Shown piece by piece: positions 46,500-55,488 of a stretch of DNA of 64,000 nucleotides. The DNA lies in IMG/VR virus record IMGVR_UViG_3300021425_002620; one strand, written 5' to 3'. The notes beneath the pieces were generated by a model. The model was not told the DNA's origin and ran no database searches. It saw only the letters and a program-made list of their open reading frames with translations. The DNA comes from a virus. Lineage: Duplodnaviria; Caudoviricetes. The position numbers and the translations under genes are program-made. Each line of letters opens with the position of its first letter. The first letter of the stretch is position 1.

Positions 46500-46742
46500 T
46501 TACTGAGTATTCATTAAAATTACGACGACTGTGGAAAGTAAACCTGCGATTATAGTACCTGCTGTACCAATTAAAACTTTGGTCATCGACTTCTGACCTT
46601 CTGTGATATCTTTGTGAATTGAATCGACCTTTTCTTCGAGTGTGCTAAGACGCCCGTCTAATTGCTCATAACGCAATGCGCATAAGTCAACGTGTGCTTC
46701 TAAACTTGTTCTTTCTAGGTCTGTTGTTGGCGAACCAGCCAT
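46500..46742 (-). CDS. coiled-coil protein with C-terminal TM (holin/XhlA-like)
   Basis: Heptads then VLIGTAGTIIAGLLSTVVVILM. Confidence 0.65.
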   Translation of the reverse strand: MAGSPTTDLERTSLEAHVDLCALRYEQLDGRLSTLEEKVDSIHKDITEGQKSMTKVLIGTAGTIIAGLLSTVVVILMNTQ

Positions 46743-46838
46743 ACTTAAATCTCCATTTAATTAATAAGTAAACTCGAAGTTGGCCTTAAAATGTGTTGTT
46801 AGTATGTGCCTGGTTTAAGTGTTGTATACTTTTATTTA

Positions 46839-47225
46839 TCAAACTACTTCAAAAATGATGTTGATATGCTTCAAATCTTTAGAGTGAAATACTGGTTTTG
46901 CAAACTTCGCTGTTTCTTCTAGTTCTGGTATAAATGGTACTAGATCAAAATCTTCTACTAAATTATCAACAGTAAGATAACCTTCACGTTCTACTTCAAA
47001 CGTAAAAGTCCAAACATTTTGTTTGCCTTTAAAGTTAGATCCAAAGTTCATATCTGTTAATGATTTGTTTTCTTGTTCGAGGCTAATAAACTCTATGTTA
47101 GTCCTCATTCCTATTGTTTGCAACACAGACAAATAGTTTTGATTCTGCCTGTAAGCAATTGGATCTTCGCCTCTGCGAGCATTTGTATTAGTGATGTCAA
47201 CTAATGTAGAAATACGATATATCAT
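46839..47225 (-). CDS. hypothetical late protein
   Basis: TAAATA 4 nt upstream. Confidence 0.7.
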   Translation of the reverse strand: MIYRISTLVDITNTNARRGEDPIAYRQNQNYLSVLQTIGMRTNIEFISLEQENKSLTDMNFGSNFKGKQNVWTFTFEVEREGYLTVDNLVEDFDLVPFIPELEETAKFAKPVFHSKDLKHINIIFEVV

Positions 47226-47317
47226 GCTGTATTTACAGAGATAAAAAAAGAGCCCAGTAAAAACTGAGCTCTCTTAATGTGCGATTGCACGGTCCCTAAG
47301 GTAGTTAGGAATTTAAG

Positions 47318-47566
47318 TTACGCAGGGTTCTGATCGAAAGTTGCGACTAGAACAGCGTTAGTGATTGAAGGTGTACCTGTACCTTGAATTACAAAGTGGT
47401 TACCGTCTGCTGTGCCTTCTACTGCTGCTACTGTGAAACCTTCTTGTGCTGCTTCAGCTACACAACCGGCCATGTTAGTGCCTGTTGCTACTGATAGTAC
47501 GTGTGTTTTTGGTCCTAGACCGTTACCTGCAACTACTGCTGCGTTTGGATTTGATACGATTGCCAT
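47318..47566 (-). CDS. small Ala/Gly/Val-rich putative virion protein
   Basis: AGGAG SD before MAIVSNPN; terminator-like hairpin near 47250-47273. Confidence 0.7.
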   Translation of the reverse strand: MAIVSNPNAAVVAGNGLGPKTHVLSVATGTNMAGCVAEAAQEGFTVAAVEGTADGNHFVIQGTGTPSITNAVLVATFDQNPA

Positions 47567-47661
47567 TTTATTTCTCCTATATTTCTCGAATGACACAAAA
47601 CTAACTACTCTGTTAGTATTTGTTATTATTATTTAGTTCTTTTAAGAAAAAAACGGAGATA

Positions 47662-47982
47662 TCAGCGTTTTTTGACTCTTTTATGGAGTTGTTTTAGTAA
47701 AGTAATGCCGCCTGGGCCCGATTCTACTATATCATCTATCATTTCTATAATTGGACGATATGCTTTTACAAAGTTGCTTGGTATGCCTTTGCCTTCTTCT
47801 GCCATCTCAATGAATCGCTTTGCTCTAGCAGCATTTTCTATACCAACAAGGTAACCGTATAGTGCGATTCTTCTTGAGTCTGACAAACGGCCAATACGTC
47901 TAGCACGGATATCCTCCCATGCTGTTTCGTCTAACTGTGATTCAGTTAGCCCTTCTTCGTATAAGCCTTTAATAAAATCCAT
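47662..47982 (-). CDS. hypothetical late protein
   Basis: Track ORF, TAATG coupling. Confidence 0.7.
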   Translation of the reverse strand: MDFIKGLYEEGLTESQLDETAWEDIRARRIGRLSDSRRIALYGYLVGIENAARAKRFIEMAEEGKGIPSNFVKAYRPIIEMIDDIVESGPGGITLLKQLHKRVKKR

Positions 47983-48395
47983 TAGCGTCCTCTTGCCACC
48001 ATGTCTGCTTGACGTGCAATTTCGTCATCATCTGGACCGCCCATATCATCTTCTGGCTCGTCTTCTGGTTCTACGTCATTGCCTTTAACTTTTACAGGAC
48101 CTGCTTTCTTAGCAAGTGCAATAAACTCTTTTGCTTCTTCGCCTGTGCATCTTGCTTGTTGACAAAGTTCAGTTGCATTCTTTGGACCCCATGATGTGCC
48201 AAAGCGTGTTAGTGCATCACCAAATGCTGCCATTTTATTTGACTTCTCAATTTCTGAATCTGGTGTGTCTTTTGTAATTTTCATCTTTGCACTTAGGTCC
48301 ATTAGTGTACGACCCATACTTGCAAACTGTCTTAGTTTAGGATCATCACCGTAGTTTGGTGATGCTTCTCTTTTGATTACTTCATTTACTTTCAT
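47982..48395 (-). CDS. hypothetical late protein
   Basis: Track ORF. Confidence 0.7.
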   Translation of the reverse strand: MKVNEVIKREASPNYGDDPKLRQFASMGRTLMDLSAKMKITKDTPDSEIEKSNKMAAFGDALTRFGTSWGPKNATELCQQARCTGEEAKEFIALAKKAGPVKVKGNDVEPEDEPEDDMGGPDDDEIARQADMVARGR

Positions 48396-49165
48396 GATAT
48401 TTTCCTTGTTAGTTCTTGAATTCTGTTAAGTTGTTTGTCTGCTAAACTTTCAACTGAAACTTTAGACTTGTTCCATGGATGTTTTGGATCATCATTTGCT
48501 TCTAGAGCATCAACAAGCTCTTTTGCTTTTGGACTTACTTTTACCATTGCTTCAACTGATCCTAAATCTTTAGCACCGGCATTACCACCTAATAGTATTT
48601 TAGCAATTTCATCTAAGTTACTAGACACTAAAGCATCATCTCTACGATCTAATAATCCTTTATATGCGCTCCACTTAAACCCTTCTGGGTGATCGTCTGT
48701 TATTGTGTTCTTTGCAAGGTCTGCAATTAGTATTTGTTTGTGTACGCCTTTGTATGGCGAACCTTTAGGAATATCATGAACATGAAACTTTTGTGCTGTC
48801 TCTCCATTATCAACAACCATAATGTCAACCTGTTGTGCAGTATCACCTATTGTTGTTTTAACGTGTACACTTGTTCCTGATTTTTTAGTTTCAAAGCCTG
48901 CTTGCTGAAACATTTTCTCTAATTCTATTCTTGCATCTTTAGGTGTCTTTACGTCAAAATGTTTGAATAGCGCACCAGCATCTATAATCATATCAAGGTC
49001 GCCACTTACCTTGCCTGGAGTAGGTGTTGCACCTGAACCAATTGGTAAAGCCTTTGCTCCTGTTTTTGCTGTAACACTATTGATCTGTTTCATCATGTCA
49101 GGAATGATTTTATGATCAAAAGGTTCTGTACCTTGGAATATATTTCCGCCTTCATTAATTATCAT
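48392..49165 (-). CDS. Pol-beta-superfamily nucleotidyltransferase-like protein
   Basis: LPIGSGA...SGDLDMIID...QQVDIM (hGS, DxD, third D). Confidence 0.65.
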   Translation of the reverse strand: MIINEGGNIFQGTEPFDHKIIPDMMKQINSVTAKTGAKALPIGSGATPTPGKVSGDLDMIIDAGALFKHFDVKTPKDARIELEKMFQQAGFETKKSGTSVHVKTTIGDTAQQVDIMVVDNGETAQKFHVHDIPKGSPYKGVHKQILIADLAKNTITDDHPEGFKWSAYKGLLDRRDDALVSSNLDEIAKILLGGNAGAKDLGSVEAMVKVSPKAKELVDALEANDDPKHPWNKSKVSVESLADKQLNRIQELTRKIS

Positions 49166-49415
49166 TCTTTTTACTCTCGATTACTCTTGCCATGCTACGT
49201 TTAAACTTTCTTGGATCTCCGCTTTTAATAGAATTAATAAATCTACGCTCAAGTTCGCCTGCTGTTTCTGCATCGTATATGTCATTAATTCTATTAAGCA
49301 AGTTAATAGAACTTTCAATGATATTGCTCGCAGTGGTTTCAACTAGAAGATCGTTATCCTTCTTCATTCCAATGTTGTTAAGCTCTGCAAGTATACTTCT
49401 AGTATGTTTCTTCAT
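49155..49415 (-). CDS. hypothetical protein
   Basis: Track ORF. Confidence 0.7.
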   Translation of the reverse strand: MKKHTRSILAELNNIGMKKDNDLLVETTASNIIESSINLLNRINDIYDAETAGELERRFINSIKSGDPRKFKRSMARVIESKKNDN

Positions 49416-49511
49416 AACTTTAAATTCCTATATGTGTATTTAGTTTTATTAAACTATAAATACACATGCTACTGGGTAGTAGCACTATTAATACAGTTTT
49501 GAGGGGTTAAA

Positions 49512-50300
49512 ATGGGCATATCCAATATGAATTTTCCAGATCGATCTCTGTTATTTGCTAAGTTGTCAAGTATTGCATACAATGATAACATCAAAGAAGT
49601 TAAAAAGCAAGTAAAAGAGCTCGGATTTACAACCGTTGAGTTTTATAATAGAGATGGCGCACAAGCATATCGCTTTATGAATAAAGAAGATCTAGTAATT
49701 GCTTGCAGGGGTACACAGCCAAGTGAATTCAACGATATTAAAGCAGATTTAAAAGCAGTACCAGTAATGGCTGAAACCATTAGTAGAGTACACCAAGGTT
49801 TTAAAGATGAAGTAGATGAACTTTGGCCTATGGTGTTAGAAGACATCCAGCGCACTGTAAACAAAGATAAAAAACTTTGGTTTACAGGACATAGTTTAGG
49901 TGCAGCAATGACTACTATCATGGCAAGTCGTTGTTTCCATAAAGAAGACATTCGTGATCCAGAAGAAGTTTATACATATGGTTCACCAAGAGTTGGCTGG
50001 CCTGCATATTGTAAGAGTTTAGGTATCGTACACCATCGTTGGGTAAACAATAATGACATTGTTACTCGTGTTCCTTTATGGATTATGGGTTACAGACATA
50101 ACGGTGAAGAACATTATCTAAACGCATACGGTAATGTTAGAAAGCCAACGGGCTTTCAACGTTTCAAAGATAGAATGCGTGGCATGTGGATGGGTTTGAA
50201 GCAAGGACAAGTTGATAACTTCTCAGACCATTCTATGGTTAACTACATTAACTATCTTTCAATGTATGCTAGTGGAAAAGAAAACAGTCAGTCTAGCTAG
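49512..50300 (+). CDS. lipase class 3
   Basis: [18 protein letters not shown] (GxSxG), [21 protein letters not shown]; TATAAATA at 49455. Confidence 0.92.
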   Translation: MGISNMNFPDRSLLFAKLSSIAYNDNIKEVKKQVKELGFTTVEFYNRDGAQAYRFMNKEDLVIACRGTQPSEFNDIKADLKAVPVMAETISRVHQGFKDEVDELWPMVLEDIQRTVNKDKKLWFTGHSLGAAMTTIMASRCFHKEDIRDPEEVYTYGSPRVGWPAYCKSLGIVHHRWVNNNDIVTRVPLWIMGYRHNGEEHYLNAYGNVRKPTGFQRFKDRMRGMWMGLKQGQVDNFSDHSMVNYINYLSMYASGKENSQSS

Positions 50301-51246
50301 GAAACAAACTACTTACTGACTCTTCATTAGAAACTCGTCTAATCGCCTCACCAAAAAGTGCTCCAACTGAAACTTGGCGCACTTTTTTAATGTTCTTGGG
50401 GCACTTGTATTCAATACTATCTGTAATTACAAGTTCTTCAAGAACGCTCTTCTCAACACGTTGACATGCTTCTCCGCTTAACACCCCATGTGTGATGTAA
50501 GCTCTAACACTAAGGGCACCTGCTTCCATTATTGCTTTAGCGGCATTACATAGTGTGCCGCCACTGTCAATAATATCATCAACAAGGATAGCGTGTTTTC
50601 CACTTACATCACCGATGAGATTCATTACTTCTGATTTGCCTGCTTCTGGTCTACGTTTGTCTACAACTGCAATGTCTCCGTGAAACATATCAGCAAACTT
50701 TCTAGCACGAACTGCGCCACCTGCATCAGGACTTACAAAAACAATACTTTCATCTTCAGTTTCGTTAGCATAAAGTTGACGCCTAATGTCTTTTGCAAAA
50801 ACTACTCTGCTGGTTAAGTCATCTACCGGAATATCAAAAAAGCCTTGGATCTGTCCTGCGTGTAAGTCCATTGTAAGAATTCTATCTGCTCCTGCTGTTA
50901 CTAACAAATTAGCAACTAGTTTTGCTGTAATTGGTGTACGACTTGCACTCTTACGATCTTGTCTTGCATACCCAAAATAAGGTATAACTGCTGTTATACG
51001 TCTTACACTTGAACGTCTTGCAGCATCAATCATAATCAATAGTTCCATTAGACTATCGTTGACTGGTGTGCTAGTTGGTTGTACTATAAACACATCTTCA
51101 CCGCGAATGTTTTCAAGAAACTCTACACTTGTTTCTCCATCTGCGAATGTGCTAATGTTACCGGGAACTAAACCACAAAAACAATTTTCTGCGATTTCCT
51201 GTGCTAACTTTAAGTTAGCATTTCCAGCAAGTATTTTCATTTTCAA
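50293..51246 (-). CDS. prs: ribose-phosphate pyrophosphokinase
   Basis: [44 protein letters not shown]. Confidence 0.98.
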   Translation of the reverse strand: MKMKILAGNANLKLAQEIAENCFCGLVPGNISTFADGETSVEFLENIRGEDVFIVQPTSTPVNDSLMELLIMIDAARRSSVRRITAVIPYFGYARQDRKSASRTPITAKLVANLLVTAGADRILTMDLHAGQIQGFFDIPVDDLTSRVVFAKDIRRQLYANETEDESIVFVSPDAGGAVRARKFADMFHGDIAVVDKRRPEAGKSEVMNLIGDVSGKHAILVDDIIDSGGTLCNAAKAIMEAGALSVRAYITHGVLSGEACQRVEKSVLEELVITDSIEYKCPKNIKKVRQVSVGALFGEAIRRVSNEESVSSLFPS

Positions 51247-51289
51247 ACTAAATCCTTTCCCCAGGAAAAATGTAATTAATATTGTTTAA

Positions 51290-51318
51290 ATTATATGACA
51301 CATTTGTAACTTTGTCAA
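51290..51318 (-). promoter_or_regulatory. sigma70-like early promoter of prs
   Basis: TTGACA-N17-TATAAT. Confidence 0.8.
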
Positions 51319-51638
51319 TCACTTATTACGTGTCCGATGTTAGTACTCCATTGCATTGCCATTGGCAGCCCGCCATACATTGGTATTACTTTTGCAGGAT
51401 CGCCTACTTTGACAAATGTTTCCTTTACAAAATCAAAGTCATCAAGTTCAAGTTTTTCTAAAAAATCATCAATAGTTGGCATCTGATCGTCTGCAAGATG
51501 ATATAATTCTCTTACAGTTTCAATGCAACTAATCATATCAGGTGTTAAAACAACACCATCTTCTTGAGCCATTGTATACATGTAATCTATGTTCCAATCC
51601 CACTCGTTTAAAACAAAACCTTGTTCGTTTCTATTCAT
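51315..51638 (-). CDS. DsrC/TusE-like protein lacking C-terminal Cys
   Basis: NEQGFVLNEWDW...AQEDGVVLT...VRELY; PAKVIPMYGGLP. Confidence 0.6.
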   Translation of the reverse strand: MNRNEQGFVLNEWDWNIDYMYTMAQEDGVVLTPDMISCIETVRELYHLADDQMPTIDDFLEKLELDDFDFVKETFVKVGDPAKVIPMYGGLPMAMQWSTNIGHVISD

Positions 51639-52368
51639 TGTTTTTCCTTATCTTAATATTATAAGCCTGTGCTTCTTTTAATATTGAAAGATCTACATTA
51701 TCTCTTTCTGCTGTGTGTAGGATAGCACGAACATCTTTAGGAAAACAATGGCCGCCATAGCCTCGATTGTCAGTAACTTCCGAATGACTAGGTCCTATCC
51801 TTTCATCAAGTGTAGTATACTGCCTTACTGCGTCAAAGTCAACACCTATTTCTTTACAAAGATCAAACAGCTGATTAAAATAACTAACTTTCAAGGCAAG
51901 GAAAGTGTTCCTTGCATACTTGGTTAATACTAGAGCTTCAGGATCACATACTTCTGTTTTAATATTAAACACATCTTTCCAAAAGTTTGTTGCTTTGCCT
52001 CCAACTAGTAACAATGACATTGTTTTTAGATCTTCTACTGCTGTTGCAGCTCTTAGGAACTCAGGTGAAAATGCAATACGGTGTGTTGGAAATGCGTCTA
52101 CTAACATTCTCCAACCTTCTAGAGAAATTGTACTTTTTATAAGAATTGGGATATCAATTGAGTTGTCAATAACATTAAAAACGTTTGCCATTTCACACGA
52201 GCCATCGTGTCTTGGTGGTGTAGCAACACATATAATTAGTGCATCGCAAGTACGCAAGTTACCAAAATATCCTTTTGCAGGATCGCTTATAACTATTTCA
52301 TGTTCTTTTTCTAGCAATTCATGATGAGCTTGACCTACAAATCCATAACCTGCTATTCCTATTCTCAT
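51631..52368 (-). CDS. UDP-glucose/GDP-mannose dehydrogenase family protein
   Basis: GYGFVG, ICVATP, IKSTI, SPEFLR, KYARN, GYGGHCFPKD. Confidence 0.9.
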   Translation of the reverse strand: MRIGIAGYGFVGQAHHELLEKEHEIVISDPAKGYFGNLRTCDALIICVATPPRHDGSCEMANVFNVIDNSIDIPILIKSTISLEGWRMLVDAFPTHRIAFSPEFLRAATAVEDLKTMSLLLVGGKATNFWKDVFNIKTEVCDPEALVLTKYARNTFLALKVSYFNQLFDLCKEIGVDFDAVRQYTTLDERIGPSHSEVTDNRGYGGHCFPKDVRAILHTAERDNVDLSILKEAQAYNIKIRKNNE

Positions 52369-52595
52369 TTTGATAGTGTCCTAAACGTTTCTCTTTTTTC
52401 ATGCTGCCGAACATATTCTTCTTCATCGGCATAGGTACTACACTCTTCTAATCGTCTTTCTACAAGCCAAAGTATTTGATACAGATCTTTTTTAGCACCC
52501 CAAGTTTCGTATCCTGTAGCATACTTGTCTTTTTCTGCCCAGGCTATCTTTGCTATTTCGTTTGCTATTTTTTCTACTGACCAATCTATAATCAT
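52365..52595 (-). CDS. hypothetical protein
   Basis: Track ORF with upstream TTGACT promoter. Confidence 0.65.
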   Translation of the reverse strand: MIIDWSVEKIANEIAKIAWAEKDKYATGYETWGAKKDLYQILWLVERRLEECSTYADEEEYVRQHEKRETFRTLSK

Positions 52596-52671
52596 TGTGT
52601 AGTATATAACTAAAAAAGAAATTTAAGTCAAGAAAAAAGGCAGTGCCGTCGAACACTACCTTACTGCTTTC

Positions 52672-53643
52672 TTACAATCCGCTTGGAAGAATGATATAAT
52701 GAATCATTAGAACAAGTGCAACTGAAGCACCTAAACCTACCATCATTTTACCAAAGTCTTTTGCTACAAGTGGAAACACACTCTTAGTCTTTTGCTTACC
52801 ATAGTATGTAGCCATTGCTAGTTCACGTCCTGCAAGTAAACCAACGAACACCCAAGTTGTTGACATAGGAATATCGTTAAGTTCTTTAAAGAAGTACAAG
52901 CACAACCAGTAGAATAAGTCAATCAGTGTTGCTGAACGAACATATCTTGTATTGTGTTTCTCTAATACAATTTGTTGTATCTTGCCGCCTCGTTCTCTAA
53001 ACATAAAGAACATGCCTGCTACAAATACAAAACTAATTAAGACCATTAAGTCCATCGGAACTACACGTGGTAGGAATACAGCGATGTTTGCCATGTCATG
53101 ACTAAGCCATGTCCACCACAAGCCTCCAGTTGCTACCCATTGTGCTATCCGCCAAAACTTTTTATTGCCTTCGCTAACAGGTTGTGTTTCGTCAAACCAA
53201 CTGTTTGCATACTTTGTTATAGCAAACCATACCATGTATGCAAAACCTGCGGCTACACCGTAACCCATTATCGATTTCATAAGCATTTTCTCTAACACGA
53301 AAGTTGAAGCAAATACTGATAAGACCAAGAACGAAGTTGATACTGGCACACCTAAACGTGTTAGTGCAACAAGTATAGCAGGCGCGGCTGCATGATACCA
53401 TTGTACTTCTTGCCATGGTATCTTGTTAAGTCTTCCGTAACTGATGTCTCCACCATTTACAGTCCAACCATACCACAGTGTTGCAAGTAGAACAGCAGAG
53501 GCTGCTGCCCATAAAGTTTTGTAGTTAAATCTCTCATTGTTTGATGCCATCCATGTACCGAGAGTCTGTACTGAGTCGTTGGCAATTACTGCGTATGCAG
53601 CAAATAGGAAACCTACAAGGCTCCATAAGGTGAGTGCGTCCAT
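52672..53643 (-). CDS. PiT/PHO4-like inorganic anion (probably phosphate) permease
   Basis: Multi-TM; IANDSVQTLGT, PVSTS, SHDMANI, PMSTT echo the duplicated PiT signatures. Confidence 0.7.
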   Translation of the reverse strand: MDALTLWSLVGFLFAAYAVIANDSVQTLGTWMASNNERFNYKTLWAAASAVLLATLWYGWTVNGGDISYGRLNKIPWQEVQWYHAAAPAILVALTRLGVPVSTSFLVLSVFASTFVLEKMLMKSIMGYGVAAGFAYMVWFAITKYANSWFDETQPVSEGNKKFWRIAQWVATGGLWWTWLSHDMANIAVFLPRVVPMDLMVLISFVFVAGMFFMFRERGGKIQQIVLEKHNTRYVRSATLIDLFYWLCLYFFKELNDIPMSTTWVFVGLLAGRELAMATYYGKQKTKSVFPLVAKDFGKMMVGLGASVALVLMIHYIILPSGL

Positions 53644-53660
53644 TTTTTTCTCCTAAAATT

Positions 53661-53687
53661 GTTTGACGGCTTTACCCCGTCGCTCAC
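53661..53687 (-). repeat. 27-nt leader element, copy 1
   Basis: GTGAGCGACGGGGTAAAGCCGTCAAAC just 5' of the AGGAG SD. Confidence 0.9.
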
Positions 53688-53728
53688 ATATTGTTAGTTT
53701 AACAAGCTCGACGATGCTTGTCAAGTAT

Positions 53729-54274
53729 TTAAAGTTTATATTCAAAGTAGGTTCCATATAAGACATAATTGTGTCGATAGTCTTCAGTTGCTCCTCTTTC
53801 TACAAAAGGACTGATTTTTACATCGCCAAACACAAATTGTAAACCTAATTGATCTCTAGTATCAAAAGATGTTCTTACATCTTTCATACTCCATCTAGGT
53901 TGTACCTTTGCCCATAGGTATACATCTTCAGTCACCTGATGTTTTACATCAAGAATAAAACGATATCTCCAATGCGATTCTTCGTTATCAAAGTCTCTGT
54001 ATTCTATTCTGTGTGACAGTTTGATGTTCTTGTATTGGTAAAGTTTGTGTGTAAATTTGATACGGTTTTCGATTGTTCCGTCAAGGTCAGCGTAACGATA
54101 CATTACGTTTATGGGTCCTACTTGTTTGCCTATTTCTGTGTGGTATGTTCCTTCTCTATGCCTAAATGTGTATGTCCAATTATTATCTTTAAATTTATAG
54201 TTGTGTTCTGTTTCTTCAGCAGATACGCTAATAGAAACCATACTCAATAAGAGTACTGCTATTATAGCTTTCAT
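53729..54274 (-). CDS. outer-membrane beta-barrel protein
   Basis: Signal peptide; aromatic, alternating beta strands. Confidence 0.7.
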   Translation of the reverse strand: MKAIIAVLLLSMVSISVSAEETEHNYKFKDNNWTYTFRHREGTYHTEIGKQVGPINVMYRYADLDGTIENRIKFTHKLYQYKNIKLSHRIEYRDFDNEESHWRYRFILDVKHQVTEDVYLWAKVQPRWSMKDVRTSFDTRDQLGLQFVFGDVKISPFVERGATEDYRHNYVLYGTYFEYKL

Positions 54275-54287
54275 TTTACTTTCCTTA

Positions 54288-54314
54288 GTTTGACGGCTTT
54301 ACCCCGTCGCTCAC
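54288..54314 (-). repeat. 27-nt leader element, copy 2
   Basis: Identical to copy 1, just 5' of the AAGGA SD. Confidence 0.9.
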
Positions 54315-54368
54315 TAAAGGATACAAACACCCGTCTGTATCAAGTTTATTTACACTATTATCGATAAA

Positions 54369-54412
54369 GATAAGATTATTTTTATGTTAAGATTAGATTA
54401 ATTTTATGTTCA
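54369..54412 (-). promoter_or_regulatory. four tandem 11-bp boxes (OmpR/PhoB-family site candidate)
   Basis: TGAACATAAAA TTAATCTAATC TTAACATAAAA ATAATCTTATC. Confidence 0.55.
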
Positions 54413-54498
54413 GAAGTTGTGCAGGTTTTGCATAACGGAAATGCAAAACTAACAATACAGATTCAATTAAAAGACGTTATAATTTATATAAATAAAGA

Positions 54499-54650
54499 TG
54501 AATAGGACAGCGATCCTGCACTATTCACACTCTAAGAGCGTCTTCAGCTCAGAAAAAATGAAGGGCATATCCCATGCCATAAAAGAGGTAGCGCCGGGAG
54601 AGACCGGGGTACGTGACAGACCTACTTTCACACACACTTACACATAAAAG
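54499..54650 (+). other. multi-hairpin 5' leader of the DUF1127 gene
   Basis: TGAATAG/CTATTCA, CTTCA/TGAAG, GGCAT/ATGCC, CCGG-GAGAGA-CCGG after TATAAATA (54487). Confidence 0.45.
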
Positions 54651-54661
54651 GAGAATGAAGC

Positions 54662-54910
54662 ATGACTTCACTTATAATGACGGCTGACAAAATTGGCCTA
54701 CCATCACTAGCTGGATGGTTCAAAAAACTATCAGCACAACTAGAACACAACCGCAAGGTACGTTCAACAATCAAAGAACTTTCAAAACTATCAGATCGTG
54801 AATTAAATGACATTGGTATTGCTCGCGGTGATATCTATGCTATTGCCCACGAAGATCCTTCATATAAAAGATTTGCTGAAACAAACAAAAATTTAGAGGG
54901 GTGGGTGTAA
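54662..54910 (+). CDS. DUF1127 family protein
   Basis: RSTIKELSKLSDRELNDIGIARGDI. Confidence 0.9.
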   Translation: MTSLIMTADKIGLPSLAGWFKKLSAQLEHNRKVRSTIKELSKLSDRELNDIGIARGDIYAIAHEDPSYKRFAETNKNLEGWV

Positions 54911-55113
54911 TGACTGAACTAGCAATGAAAGCATTCCGTAATCCATTCACAGCAATTGGATCAGTTCTAACAGGTATCCTTGTAGCAATGATTGCAATGG
55001 GTGAGCAAGCAGGTCGTTCAAGAGCTGCCGCTGAACTTGCACGTCAAGGTTATATGGACGAAGCAAAAGCGTTAATACTAGGTAAAAACATTGATGAGGT
55101 CAAAGATGTATAA
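54910..55113 (+). CDS. small hypothetical protein
   Basis: TAATG coupling; GRSRAAAELARQGYMDEAKAL. Confidence 0.7.
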   Translation: MTELAMKAFRNPFTAIGSVLTGILVAMIAMGEQAGRSRAAAELARQGYMDEAKALILGKNIDEVKDV

Positions 55114-55216
55114 AGCACGAGACTTACTCAAAGGTATATTTACTCTAGCTCTACTATTTGCATTCCTAGCAGGGTTTCTAACTCTAAACGGATTGCACTA
55201 CGCCGGAGCACTATAA
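55106..55216 (+). CDS. small membrane protein, 36 aa
   Basis: Hand-translated MYKARDLLKGIFTLALLFAFLAGFLTLNGLHYAGAL. Confidence 0.55.
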   Translation: MYKARDLLKGIFTLALLFAFLAGFLTLNGLHYAGAL

Positions 55217-55218
55217 TT

Positions 55219-55488
55219 GTGAAGAAGAACTTATTTTTTGCATTGTGCTGGCTATCAGTTGCAACTACAGCTTCAGCTAAAGAAACAACGAAAATGGAAG
55301 AAGTAAAAGTTACAGCAAGACCTTTTAGAATCATGCTAGAACATATTTCACTTCAACACAAGTATAATGTAATTACTAATCGTTGGTACTACGTTGAAAC
55401 TACACAGAACGAAGAGCCTAAACATAGGAGAACACAATTCATGTGGCCATATACAGAGGAAGAACTAGAAATCATTAATGGGAAATGA
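55219..55488 (+). CDS. small secreted protein
   Basis: Signal peptide ASA; MEEVKVTA. Confidence 0.55.
   Translation: MKKNLFFALCWLSVATTASAKETTKMEEVKVTARPFRIMLEHISLQHKYNVITNRWYYVETTQNEEPKHRRTQFMWPYTEEELEIINGK

Noticed and set aside
54593-54610. GGAGAGA resembling a glycine-riboswitch core
   Set aside because: It is the loop of a CCGG hairpin; the GCCGAAG and CUCAGG elements are absent.
55282-55320. MEEVKVTA resembling a TonB-receptor N-terminus
   Set aside because: No plug or barrel follows; the motif is too short to support.
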